NCBI GenBank assembly: GCA_001790095.1
Contig: MGBH01000001.1
Span: forward strand, 600,001 to 632,000
From: Candidatus Saccharimonadota bacterium
GTDB taxonomy: Bacteria; Patescibacteriota; Microgenomatia; UBA1406; GWC2-37-13
Direction of reading: 5' to 3'
Length of the DNA stretch: 32,000 nucleotides
Both the position numbers and the translations under genes were made by a program. Shown piece after piece: positions 25,368-32,000 of this stretch; positions within the stretch are counted from its first letter, which is position 1, and every line of letters begins with the position of its first letter. Below the pieces are notes generated by a model, which did not search any database, had not been told where the DNA came from, and worked only from the letters and a program-made list of their open reading frames with translations.

Positions 25368-26324
25368 TCAAAGAAGAGTTAAACTTTCAAGTATTATTTT
25401 TTCAAACTCAGATTCGGGCATAGATGAGTTGTATAATAATATGGTTTTGTCTTTAAGGGACAATCCATACCCATAGTTCTTTCCGATGATGATCGCGCAC
25501 TCTGGTAGTTGACATATGGCATATGACATTTTTACAAACGTATTGTTGTGCAATGTTATATCCGTAGTATTAAGTTCTTGGGCTGCCTGAGGTTGCTGAT
25601 AAAGTACCATAAGGTTTTTTGTATTTATTCCAACAGACTTCTCATGTGAGATTTCTCGCAACCAAAAAGCTTCTTTATCCGTGGCATAGAATCTAAGATC
25701 AATTTCGGCAGAATCGCTTGATATCGACTTAATTTCATAATCTACAGGGTATGTAAATATATATCCGTCTCCATTATAGGTAAGCAAATTTTCCCTTGAT
25801 AGAGTTGGAATAGGAGTAGGGGATAGGTCGTTTTTCAAGATAGACACGCCTCCGCATAGCACCTGATCTATGCTAACAGTATCTTTTATTGTCTCAAGAT
25901 AAGAAATAAGTGACTGAGTGTCTTTGACTTCAAATTCCAAACTTGCAGGAAGGACCCCTTCTCCAATCAATGAATTATCTATATCTGGATTCATCTTGGT
26001 AAAAATTGACAAAGCTTCGCTCTCACTTACGTAGGTAACAGAATTACTTATATGTTTATCAAGAATGTTTTTTTTAAGCTCAAAAATCTGATCTTCGCGA
26101 GCTTCGTTGGTAAAAAAAATAGTGCACTTTCTTGAGTATTGCTCTTTAAGCTGCAGTGCTTTTTCAATCGGCTGTCCAAGCAGAGACTCTATTTTAGCTT
26201 GTTTTCCTTTCATCTCATTATACTTCCGTTCAATCTCTTGATACTTCTTGATACCCGTATAAAAAGCAGCTCCTACTAAAAAAATGAGAAGAACGATGAA
26301 GATAGCTTTAAATAATTTTCTCAT
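25368..26324 (-). CDS. Single-pass membrane protein with an FtsX-extracellular-domain-like module and a C-terminal domain of unknown function
   Basis: It has an N-terminal anchor, IFIVLLIFLVGAAFYTGI, and a coiled-coil stretch. IFFTNEAREDQIFELKKNILDKHISNSVTYVSESEALSIFTKMNPDIDNSLIGEGVLPASLEFEVKD resembles the FtsX ECD consensus (V.YvSkeeAl...NPLPasfev). The other FtsX helices are absent. Confidence 0.45.
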   Translation of the reverse strand: MRKLFKAIFIVLLIFLVGAAFYTGIKKYQEIERKYNEMKGKQAKIESLLGQPIEKALQLKEQYSRKCTIFFTNEAREDQIFELKKNILDKHISNSVTYVSESEALSIFTKMNPDIDNSLIGEGVLPASLEFEVKDTQSLISYLETIKDTVSIDQVLCGGVSILKNDLSPTPIPTLSRENLLTYNGDGYIFTYPVDYEIKSISSDSAEIDLRFYATDKEAFWLREISHEKSVGINTKNLMVLYQQPQAAQELNTTDITLHNNTFVKMSYAICQLPECAIIIGKNYGYGLSLKDKTILLYNSSMPESEFEKIILESLTLL

Positions 26325-26369
26325 AATAATTATGCTGACCTGATCTAGTTTGATACTATTATATCATAT

Positions 26370-26399
26370 TTGAATAATGTGGGTAGTCCAGAGTATAAT
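26370..26399 (+). promoter_or_regulatory. Candidate sigma-70 promoter TTGAAT-N18-TATAAT driving the tRNA-Ser / GIY-YIG locus
   Basis: ttgaat is at 26370-26375, followed by an 18-nt spacer and tataat at 26394-26399. It lies about 20 nt upstream of the tRNA-5'-like fragment at 26421. Confidence 0.4.
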
Positions 26400-26418
26400 T
26401 TGATATACTGGGAACCTA

Positions 26419-26434
26419 TTGGAGAAATCGCCTA
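26419..26434 (+). repeat. Duplicate of the tRNA-Ser 5' end (acceptor 5' strand and D stem), 15/16 identical to 26775-26790
   Basis: ttggagaaatcgccta compares with ttggagaagtcgccta. A second piece, gttggtttat (26500-26509), is 10/10 identical to 26791-26800, the D loop of the intact tRNA. Confidence 0.8.
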
Positions 26435-26499
26435 CCCTCTCAAGATTTTTGCAAAAAAATCTGAGCGGGCCCGCTCGCAAGCGAAACGCGCCGAGCGGG
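26435..26499 (+). repeat. 65-nt GC-rich palindromic insertion that splits the duplicated tRNA 5' fragment
   Basis: An A/T hairpin is present (ctcaagattttt / aaaaaaatctgag). GAGCGGG (26463-69), CCCGCTC (26470-76) and GAGCGGG (26493-99) follow. The central CCCGCTC can pair with either flanking copy. The 8-bp stem CCCGCTCG/CGAGCGGG encloses GCG-AAA-CGC. Confidence 0.6.
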
Positions 26500-26524
26500 G
26501 TTGGTTTATAATGAATCAATCGAT

Positions 26525-26791
26525 ATGTATTATGTTTATGTACTTGAAAGCAAAAAAGACCGCAAACATTATATTGGATTCACTGAAGACCTCAATCGAA
26601 GAATAATAGAACATACAAAGGGTGAGGTTGAAAGTACAAAAAAAAGAAGGCCATTAGAGTTAGTTTATTATGAGGCATATAAATATGAAAAAGACGCAAG
26701 GAGACAAGAATTGTTATATAAAACTGGCCAAGGAAGAAGAATATTGCAAAAAAGATTAAGAAATAAATTCGATCTTGGAGAAGTCGCCTAG
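26525..26791 (+). CDS. Small stand-alone GIY-YIG nuclease-domain protein (UPF0213/COG2827-like)
   Basis: MYYVYVLESKKDRKHYIGFTEDLNRRIIEH carries the GIY and YIG beta-hairpin motifs. Conserved R and E residues follow downstream. The track start at 26501 is a TTG inside the repeat, and the domain begins at the ATG at 26525. The last five codons and the TAG stop lie inside the tRNA-Ser gene. Confidence 0.8.
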   Translation: MYYVYVLESKKDRKHYIGFTEDLNRRIIEHTKGEVESTKKRRPLELVYYEAYKYEKDARRQELLYKTGQGRRILQKRLRNKFDLGEVA

Positions 26792-26864
26792 TTGGTTTAT
26801 GGCGCAGACCTGGAAAGTCTGTATGGGCGCAAGCCTATCGCGAGTTCGAATCTCGCCTTCTCCG
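26777..26864 (+). tRNA. tRNA-Ser (anticodon GGA), class II
   Basis: I folded it by hand. The acceptor stem is GGAGAAG/CTTCTCC. The anticodon stem is CAGAC/GTCTG with loop CTGGAAA. The variable arm TATGGGCGCAAGCCTATC is 18 nt. The T arm is GCGAG-TTCGAAT-CTCGC. The discriminator is G and the length is 88 nt. Confidence 0.9.
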
Positions 26865-27111
26865 CATTTTGATCGAAAGTTCTACTAGTCCCTTCTACCC
26901 TCTCACTTTGGCCCTTCAGGACTTGCTGAAAAATCGTAAGAAACATTAATACTCCTCAAACAGTCCTGTAGAATGAAAAACAGTCTAAAAAGCCCTCAAG
27001 GTAAATGCTCTTGGTTCTAACCTTTTTGCGTTATTTAGGTTGTTGGAGTCTTCTTTGGCACTTATGAGGTTTCGTTCGAATCCTTCTTCCTATTCTCTTA
27101 ATGTATTGAGG

Positions 27112-27948
27112 TTACAAAGGATTTTGTTTTGCTCTTTTAATCGTTCCAGATTTCAAATCCTCTTCAACCCAATCTCCATTTTGATCAATATATTGTTTCC
27201 TAATATCACCCTCCATAAACATCACTGGTTTTACCCCTTCTTTTGAAATTATGAAGGTTTGAATTGTTCCACCTATTGTTTGATTATTCGCAGATTTAAG
27301 ATAACTCTTACATGTCTCACAAAGTATTATGCCTTTATTTTGAGCACCAGGAACAAAAAATAATTTGGGATACATCTCTGTAATATCTTTTTCAAAATCT
27401 TTTCCTGATCCAGTAGCTGTATAGTCCCATCCGACCGTTGAAGAAATACGCCCGTCAGGAAAGTGCTGTTTTATTAATAATGGTGTTGGGGCAGGAATTT
27501 TAGTTTTTTTATTCTTTGGAGTTATTTTTATTGTCTTGATTTTTTCTGGAATAAAAGAATTATTTTTATGTAAATTCAACATTTGGATTAACTTATTAGT
27601 CCTAACAACATATGGTTCATTTATCATTGCTGAGTATATAAATATTATTTCAGGCTTTGATGAAATTAAAAGTTTATTGTAAGCCTCAATTGCATATGAA
27701 GTTATGTCTTTCAAAAATTTTGAAGTGTTTTTGTCTTGTCTTGATGAGGCAAATATGGTTATTTTCTCAATCAATTTACAGGTAAAAACAACATCGTTTG
27801 TTGTAAATGAGATTAGCGAATGTGATGATAATTGATATATCTTCTTTAATTCATCCTTAGGAGGTTTTATATTATTTTGGTAGGATATTCTACTATCACT
27901 AAAAACAATCACCTCATCTGCAAATCCGACCGATGCAATCAGTGTCAT
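27112..27948 (-). CDS. Proteasome beta-subunit / HslV-like N-terminal nucleophile (Ntn) hydrolase homologue
   Basis: MTLIASVGFADEVIVFSDSRISYQNNIKPPKDELKKIYQL places Thr at position 1 after Met removal. It also places Asp at 17 and Lys-Lys at 34-35. From memory, Thermoplasma beta reads TTTVGI...ATERR...KNGKKLFQI and HslV has T1/D17/K33. Later, YTATGSGKDF matches the (A/S)TGSG loop. An insert of about 45 aa and a C-terminal extension of about 60 aa are extra. Confidence 0.55.
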   Translation of the reverse strand: MTLIASVGFADEVIVFSDSRISYQNNIKPPKDELKKIYQLSSHSLISFTTNDVVFTCKLIEKITIFASSRQDKNTSKFLKDITSYAIEAYNKLLISSKPEIIFIYSAMINEPYVVRTNKLIQMLNLHKNNSFIPEKIKTIKITPKNKKTKIPAPTPLLIKQHFPDGRISSTVGWDYTATGSGKDFEKDITEMYPKLFFVPGAQNKGIILCETCKSYLKSANNQTIGGTIQTFIISKEGVKPVMFMEGDIRKQYIDQNGDWVEEDLKSGTIKRAKQNPL

Positions 27949-27967
27949 GCAGATATTTTATCACTAG

Positions 27968-29284
27968 TTATACCAGTATTAATCGTCTTTGAATTAGCTC
28001 AAATTTTGAGTAGATCCCTCCTAGAATTTTAAGCCTCTCTTCCGGTGTTCCATACTGAAGTACGTGAAGTAGATAATCCTTGAGCATCTGTATTTGTTCT
28101 TCCTTTGGCTGAATATCTATATTTAATCCATCATTGTATTTGGTTAATTCAAGTTTTGAATTTTTTTCTTTGAGAACAGTGTTTTTTATATGCTGAAGTC
28201 TTGTTATTTCGTTTTGGAACTCAGAGAGAAGAAGTGAGGTTTTGAGTTTAATATTTGGAAGATGGACGACAAGCTGTTTTATTAATTCTGTTTCGGTAAT
28301 ATACGGTTCCTTACATGTATAGTCTTTTTTACGATTACAGTGGTAATAGATATGAGAATGAACTCGATTGTTTATTAAATGTTTATATTTAATCTCTGCA
28401 GTCACACTTCCTCCACAGGTTCCGCACTTACATATCTTTTTGAAAGGGAATAATTGCTTGTTCCATTGTTTTGGCGCAACCTCTAATTGTATCTGTACTT
28501 TTTCAAATATCTGCTTTGAAATTATCGGTTCATAATTACCTTTGTATCTTTTATTACCATAGACAAACTCTCCATAATAAAAAGGATTACGAAGGGCAAC
28601 ATATACTTTACTCAAATGCATTAGGCAATTATTTTTTGTCCTATATCCAATATCATCCAACCACTTCTTTACCATTCGTCCTGAAAACCCTTGGTTAGCC
28701 ACCTTAAGAAACATCTCTCGAACAATCGGAGCTCGTTCTTCGTCAATACAAACGGTTGATATTCTATTTGCCCTAAGGACATTTTTATAACCAATTGGTG
28801 CAAGTCCCGGTCGAATACCAAATTCACATTTATTCCGCAATCCTCTTTTTACATTGACGCCTCGATTATCGTTTTCTAATTTTGCTTGGCTACATAAAAT
28901 CATAAGAAGAAATTTTTCATTTGGATTGTTTGAAAATGACTGAGAATATGTCCGAATGGTTTGTAGTTTTCCCTGATCCATGAGATCAACAATCCTACCA
29001 AGATCACCTGCATTTCTACTCAACCTATCAGGAGCCCACGTGAGAATTGCATTATATCTATCGTCAATTAAACCTTGAAGTAAGTTGTTAAACTCAGGTC
29101 GTTGACCAGATTCTTTTGCAGAATGGCTTTCAGTTATTACTTCAGTCACAAACAGCTTCTCTTTCTTTGCCATCGCCTTCATTTCGCTCAGTTGTCCATC
29201 AATACTCATTGCTTGGCGCTCATCAGATTCTGACGATTTCCTTGCATAAAGACAATATTTTAGATTGTTTTGAAGCTCTCCCAT
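27968..29284 (-). CDS. Large serine recombinase (integrase)
   Basis: The resolvase-type N-terminus reads CLYARKSSESDERQAMSIDGQ (catalytic Ser), followed by LTWAPDRLSRN. A recombinase domain follows, then a zinc-ribbon CKCGTCGG...YYHC and a C-terminal coiled-coil. The track start is a TTG. The ATG at 29284 has GAGG four nt upstream. Confidence 0.85.
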   Translation of the reverse strand: MGELQNNLKYCLYARKSSESDERQAMSIDGQLSEMKAMAKKEKLFVTEVITESHSAKESGQRPEFNNLLQGLIDDRYNAILTWAPDRLSRNAGDLGRIVDLMDQGKLQTIRTYSQSFSNNPNEKFLLMILCSQAKLENDNRGVNVKRGLRNKCEFGIRPGLAPIGYKNVLRANRISTVCIDEERAPIVREMFLKVANQGFSGRMVKKWLDDIGYRTKNNCLMHLSKVYVALRNPFYYGEFVYGNKRYKGNYEPIISKQIFEKVQIQLEVAPKQWNKQLFPFKKICKCGTCGGSVTAEIKYKHLINNRVHSHIYYHCNRKKDYTCKEPYITETELIKQLVVHLPNIKLKTSLLLSEFQNEITRLQHIKNTVLKEKNSKLELTKYNDGLNIDIQPKEEQIQMLKDYLLHVLQYGTPEERLKILGGIYSKFELIQRRLILV

Positions 29285-29331
29285 ATACCTCAAAGGTATC
29301 AGTATGGTTGTGTAAGTCAAGGCAATATTAA

Positions 29332-30789
29332 TTAAAGTCGATGAAAGAATCTATAAGCATCAGAATCGACCCCAAATGCCCGAGCTTTCCTTGGATTATG
29401 TTTTATGATTTGTAGAATAAGCATTGAGAAGGCATCGGCCAAATCGTCATGTCTTTCAACTCCAAAACTTACTAACTGGCTAATAAGTTGATCTGCTCCT
29501 TTTCTTGGAAAGAGCACTTTTCCATTTTGAATCCAACTGGTCGTTTGTGAGATTCGGGCCCGCTTATCAGCTCCAAGTAGTTTTACTCCTTGGACTTGGA
29601 GCCCTTGCTGATTAAGTTCTTGAATGACAGCTGCTTGATACGCAACATCTTCTACAAACCACTTACGCACTATCTCATTTTGTTTTTCATTCTCTTTGAG
29701 TATTGTTTGGATTGTTTTTGGGAAATCCATTCTTCGATTAATCGGGAAAGGACTTATATATATCTTTGTATCCTTATCAATACCAAAGACATATCCTGAA
29801 ACAATTGCGGTGAAATCTGCTGTTTGTTTTTCAGATATTGCTAAATCAACAGAAAATGCAAAATATCGAAAGTTGTTGCTTTGGGTTAAACTCGGTAATT
29901 CGTCATAATAACAAATCCACTCAGGTCTTACAACGATATCGTTATCAGGGACAATGGTTAATAAATATTCTCTTTGAAATGCAATGTGTCCAACTCGACT
30001 TCTCTCTTGATCTATCGACTCTCTATCTGGATATTTGCCCGGCCAAATGATCACATCCTCATTTGTCAAAAGTGGGTAAGCTTTAAAAATTCGTTTTTTA
30101 TTTTCTTTATTCCCTTGTTCTTTTAATCGCATGATAAGAGAGTCTTCGTGTAACAAGTTACCAATAACGACAACTTTTGTATTAATGTCACCCATAGGAA
30201 TGAGTTCTCCTGTGAACCATTGATATGTTTTATCTCTTCCTTCTTGGGTTTTGACTGTGTTTATATCCTCTACATCGTCACAAATAATTAAATCTGGTCG
30301 ATATGCGCCGTGACGAAGTCCACGTATTGATTCGTTCGCAGAAATAGCAAGAATTCGTGTCCCATAGGGACCGATTATAAGTGAGTCTGCTCTCCATGCA
30401 TCATTCTCTTCGGCAAACGGGCCAAAGTCTTCAATTAACAAACTATTTGATTCAAGTTCATTTTTGATCTGATACAACAATGTTTTGCTTTGATTTTGTG
30501 TCAAGCTCGCAACAACAATACATTTCTTTTGAGGTGTTCCAAGCATAGCCCACAAAGGATAGGAAAGAGTCATTATGGTTGACTTCGCAGACCCTCGAAA
30601 AGATACTATCACAGCGTCTTTTATGTTTTCATTCTCGGTTATGTTGAATATTTCTTTATGAAAATCTGCTGTCTTAAATTTGACGTAATGACTGAGGTAT
30701 ATGTGGAAAAACCAATAATGGCTTTTCATTGCAAGGTTTTTTCGAACTCCTCGATTGTGAATAATCTTCTGTAAAACATCATGATCCAT
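29332..30789 (-). CDS. Phage terminase large subunit (ATPase plus RNase H-like nuclease)
   Basis: The Walker A-like motif is SFRGSAKST and Walker B is PDLIICDDVED. The C-terminal nuclease acidic motif is HDDLADAFSM. The track start is a TTG, and the ATG at 30789 overlaps the upstream stop. Confidence 0.8.
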   Translation of the reverse strand: MDHDVLQKIIHNRGVRKNLAMKSHYWFFHIYLSHYVKFKTADFHKEIFNITENENIKDAVIVSFRGSAKSTIMTLSYPLWAMLGTPQKKCIVVASLTQNQSKTLLYQIKNELESNSLLIEDFGPFAEENDAWRADSLIIGPYGTRILAISANESIRGLRHGAYRPDLIICDDVEDINTVKTQEGRDKTYQWFTGELIPMGDINTKVVVIGNLLHEDSLIMRLKEQGNKENKKRIFKAYPLLTNEDVIIWPGKYPDRESIDQERSRVGHIAFQREYLLTIVPDNDIVVRPEWICYYDELPSLTQSNNFRYFAFSVDLAISEKQTADFTAIVSGYVFGIDKDTKIYISPFPINRRMDFPKTIQTILKENEKQNEIVRKWFVEDVAYQAAVIQELNQQGLQVQGVKLLGADKRARISQTTSWIQNGKVLFPRKGADQLISQLVSFGVERHDDLADAFSMLILQIIKHNPRKARAFGVDSDAYRFFHRL

Positions 30790-31213
30790 TATTTTCCACT
30801 TTTTCAACTTCTAACGACGGCGAAAATGATGCGAGTTCTAAAGCTTTATTTATAAGTAATTCTTGTTCTTGAGTAAGAGGAATATTCTCATTTTTTACTT
30901 TTGCAGTAAGTTCAATCCTATTTCCATATTGTCTGTGATTATGTTTTAACCAAAAGATTATTGCTGTTAAATCATTATTTTGAATTGCCTTTAAAAGTTG
31001 CGATTCGGCAAGATCATTTATGAAGTTACGACCAGTCGCAATAGATTCATCAGCCTTACGAACAAACTCTTCATCTTCATTTCGCCAACGATAGTATGTA
31101 GAGCGTCCAACCCCCGTCTTTTCACACGCAATTTGAACAATTGGCACTCTCTTTAGTTGTTCAATGAGAAGTTCTTTATTCTTTTCAATTCGTTCAGTAA
31201 TTGAATTACTCAT
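30779..31213 (-). CDS. HTH protein, terminase small-subunit-like
   Basis: 144 aa. The N-terminal helix-turn-helix reads IACEKTGVGRSTYYRWRNEDEEF. The gene lies immediately upstream of the large terminase and overlaps it. Confidence 0.55.
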   Translation of the reverse strand: MSNSITERIEKNKELLIEQLKRVPIVQIACEKTGVGRSTYYRWRNEDEEFVRKADESIATGRNFINDLAESQLLKAIQNNDLTAIIFWLKHNHRQYGNRIELTAKVKNENIPLTQEQELLINKALELASFSPSLEVEKVENNGS

Positions 31214-32000
31214 ATAGTTTAATAGCTTTTTTGCCGGTCAGTTTTTGCCAGCGATTTCTAATCACTTCTGCATAAATTGGTGATTTTTCCATGAGGAAAC
31301 AGCGACGTTTCATTCTTTCACAAGCTATAAGAGTACTTCCTGATCCGCCAAATGGTTCGGCGACTAAATCTCCTCTTTTGGTAAGTACTTTTATGTAAGG
31401 AATCAATATTTCAATTGGCTTTGTGCCAAAGATAATACCTTGTCCTGAGCTTTTTTCATCTGCAGCATGGTACTCTATAAAATCTGTCGGTTGATATTTT
31501 TTCCCCTTCTTATATCCTTCCCATTGAGGTTTTCCTGCGATTGCATAAAGTGCAGTTTCATATTCATTTTGTAATCCGTCACCTTCGCTTTCATAATTGA
31601 ATTCAACATCAACAGTCTTACTAGCTCCCACCATTGCAATATCGTGTTTACTGAAAAACTTATACTTTGCTGCAAAACCTTGATTCCGGTTTGGCAAATG
31701 CCACACAATCATATTCTTTACCTTCCAATACTTCTCCATGACGCCCCATATTGTTCGTATATTTTTCCAATTCTCATAGACAATTATTGAAAAATGTTCC
31801 CCTTGGATTTTGGCAATGCTTCCCATCCATTTTTCAGTAAAGTCAGGAGGAAGTAGATCCGTTTCTAGGTATCTTCGATCTCTCTTTGCTCCAAAACCCG
31901 TTACTGCAGTTCCATGTTTTTTCTTTCCATTAAGGTAGTCGAGAATATAGGGAGGATCTGTAAAACACATATCTGCCTTTTCACTTCCGAAAAGTTTTAG
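31206..32000 (-). CDS. DNA methyltransferase (N6-adenine/N4-cytosine class, DPPY motif); N-terminus outside the window
   Basis: KADMCFTDPPY is catalytic motif IV. EPFGGSGST near the C-terminus is the AdoMet motif I. The reading frame stays open from 31970 to 32000 (LKLFGSEKAD), so the listed ATG is probably internal. Confidence 0.8.
   Translation of the reverse strand, partial: LKLFGSEKADMCFTDPPYILDYLNGKKKHGTAVTGFGAKRDRRYLETDLLPPDFTEKWMGSIAKIQGEHFSIIVYENWKNIRTIWGVMEKYWKVKNMIVWHLPNRNQGFAAKYKFFSKHDIAMVGASKTVDVEFNYESEGDGLQNEYETALYAIAGKPQWEGYKKGKKYQPTDFIEYHAADEKSSGQGIIFGTKPIEILIPYIKVLTKRGDLVAEPFGGSGSTLIACERMKRRCFLMEKSPIYAEVIRNRWQKLTGKKAIKLYE

Larger units (their letters stand above)
27112..32000 (-). 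mobile_element. Edge of a phage-derived integrative element (prophage or satellite-like); continues beyond the window end
   Basis: The genes form a compact co-directional string with overlapping stops and starts. The order is DNA methyltransferase, HTH small-terminase-like protein, large terminase, large serine recombinase and a cargo gene. It lies next to a tRNA gene that carries repeat scars. Confidence 0.6.

Noticed and set aside
26370-26606. 78-aa + strand ORF upstream of and overlapping the GIY-YIG gene
   Set aside because: It covers the promoter, the tRNA 5' stub and the palindromic element. It is out of frame with the clear GIY-YIG domain.
27040-27246. 68-aa + strand ORF in the tRNA-Ser / phage-element spacer
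   Set aside because: It overlaps the 3' end of the Ntn-like gene in antisense. Its translation is a low-complexity Ser/Phe/Leu sequence.
1-32000. Alternative genetic code (UGA recoded, as in some candidate phyla)
   Set aside because: Long uninterrupted ORFs are obtained with the standard code. TGA is also used as a genuine stop, for example at 25368-25370 and 30779-30781.

Overview
This AT-rich window is densely packed and mostly minus-strand. It looks like an uncultivated small-genome (CPR/Patescibacteria-like) bacterium, but that taxonomic call is inference only. Standard genetic code applies, since TGA is used as a stop. There are three blocks. (1) Positions 1-11.5 kb and 18-23 kb carry cell-envelope glycan genes: three to four GT2 enzymes, four large GT-C/YfhO/DUF2079-type membrane proteins, gmd, galE, a MOP flippase, an LCP ligase and a ROK kinase. 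(2) Positions 11.5-17.6 kb hold one tightly packed minus-strand gene string: Bcp peroxiredoxin, a cytochrome b5-like protein, a NOX/FRE-type flavocytochrome, a second b5-like protein, an OmpR-type regulator, a histidine kinase and an MFS transporter. This is the best candidate for an undescribed system. (3) Positions 23.8-32 kb are an accessory zone. It contains tRNA-Leu, a 0.5 kb structured non-coding gap and a compositionally foreign GC-rich ORF. It also has a tRNA-Ser locus scarred by a GIY-YIG cassette with duplicated tRNA 5' pieces. The zone ends in the edge of a phage-like element: methylase, small and large terminase, a large serine recombinase and a proteasome-beta/HslV-like cargo gene. 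All calls come from reading the sequence and translations; no searches were run.
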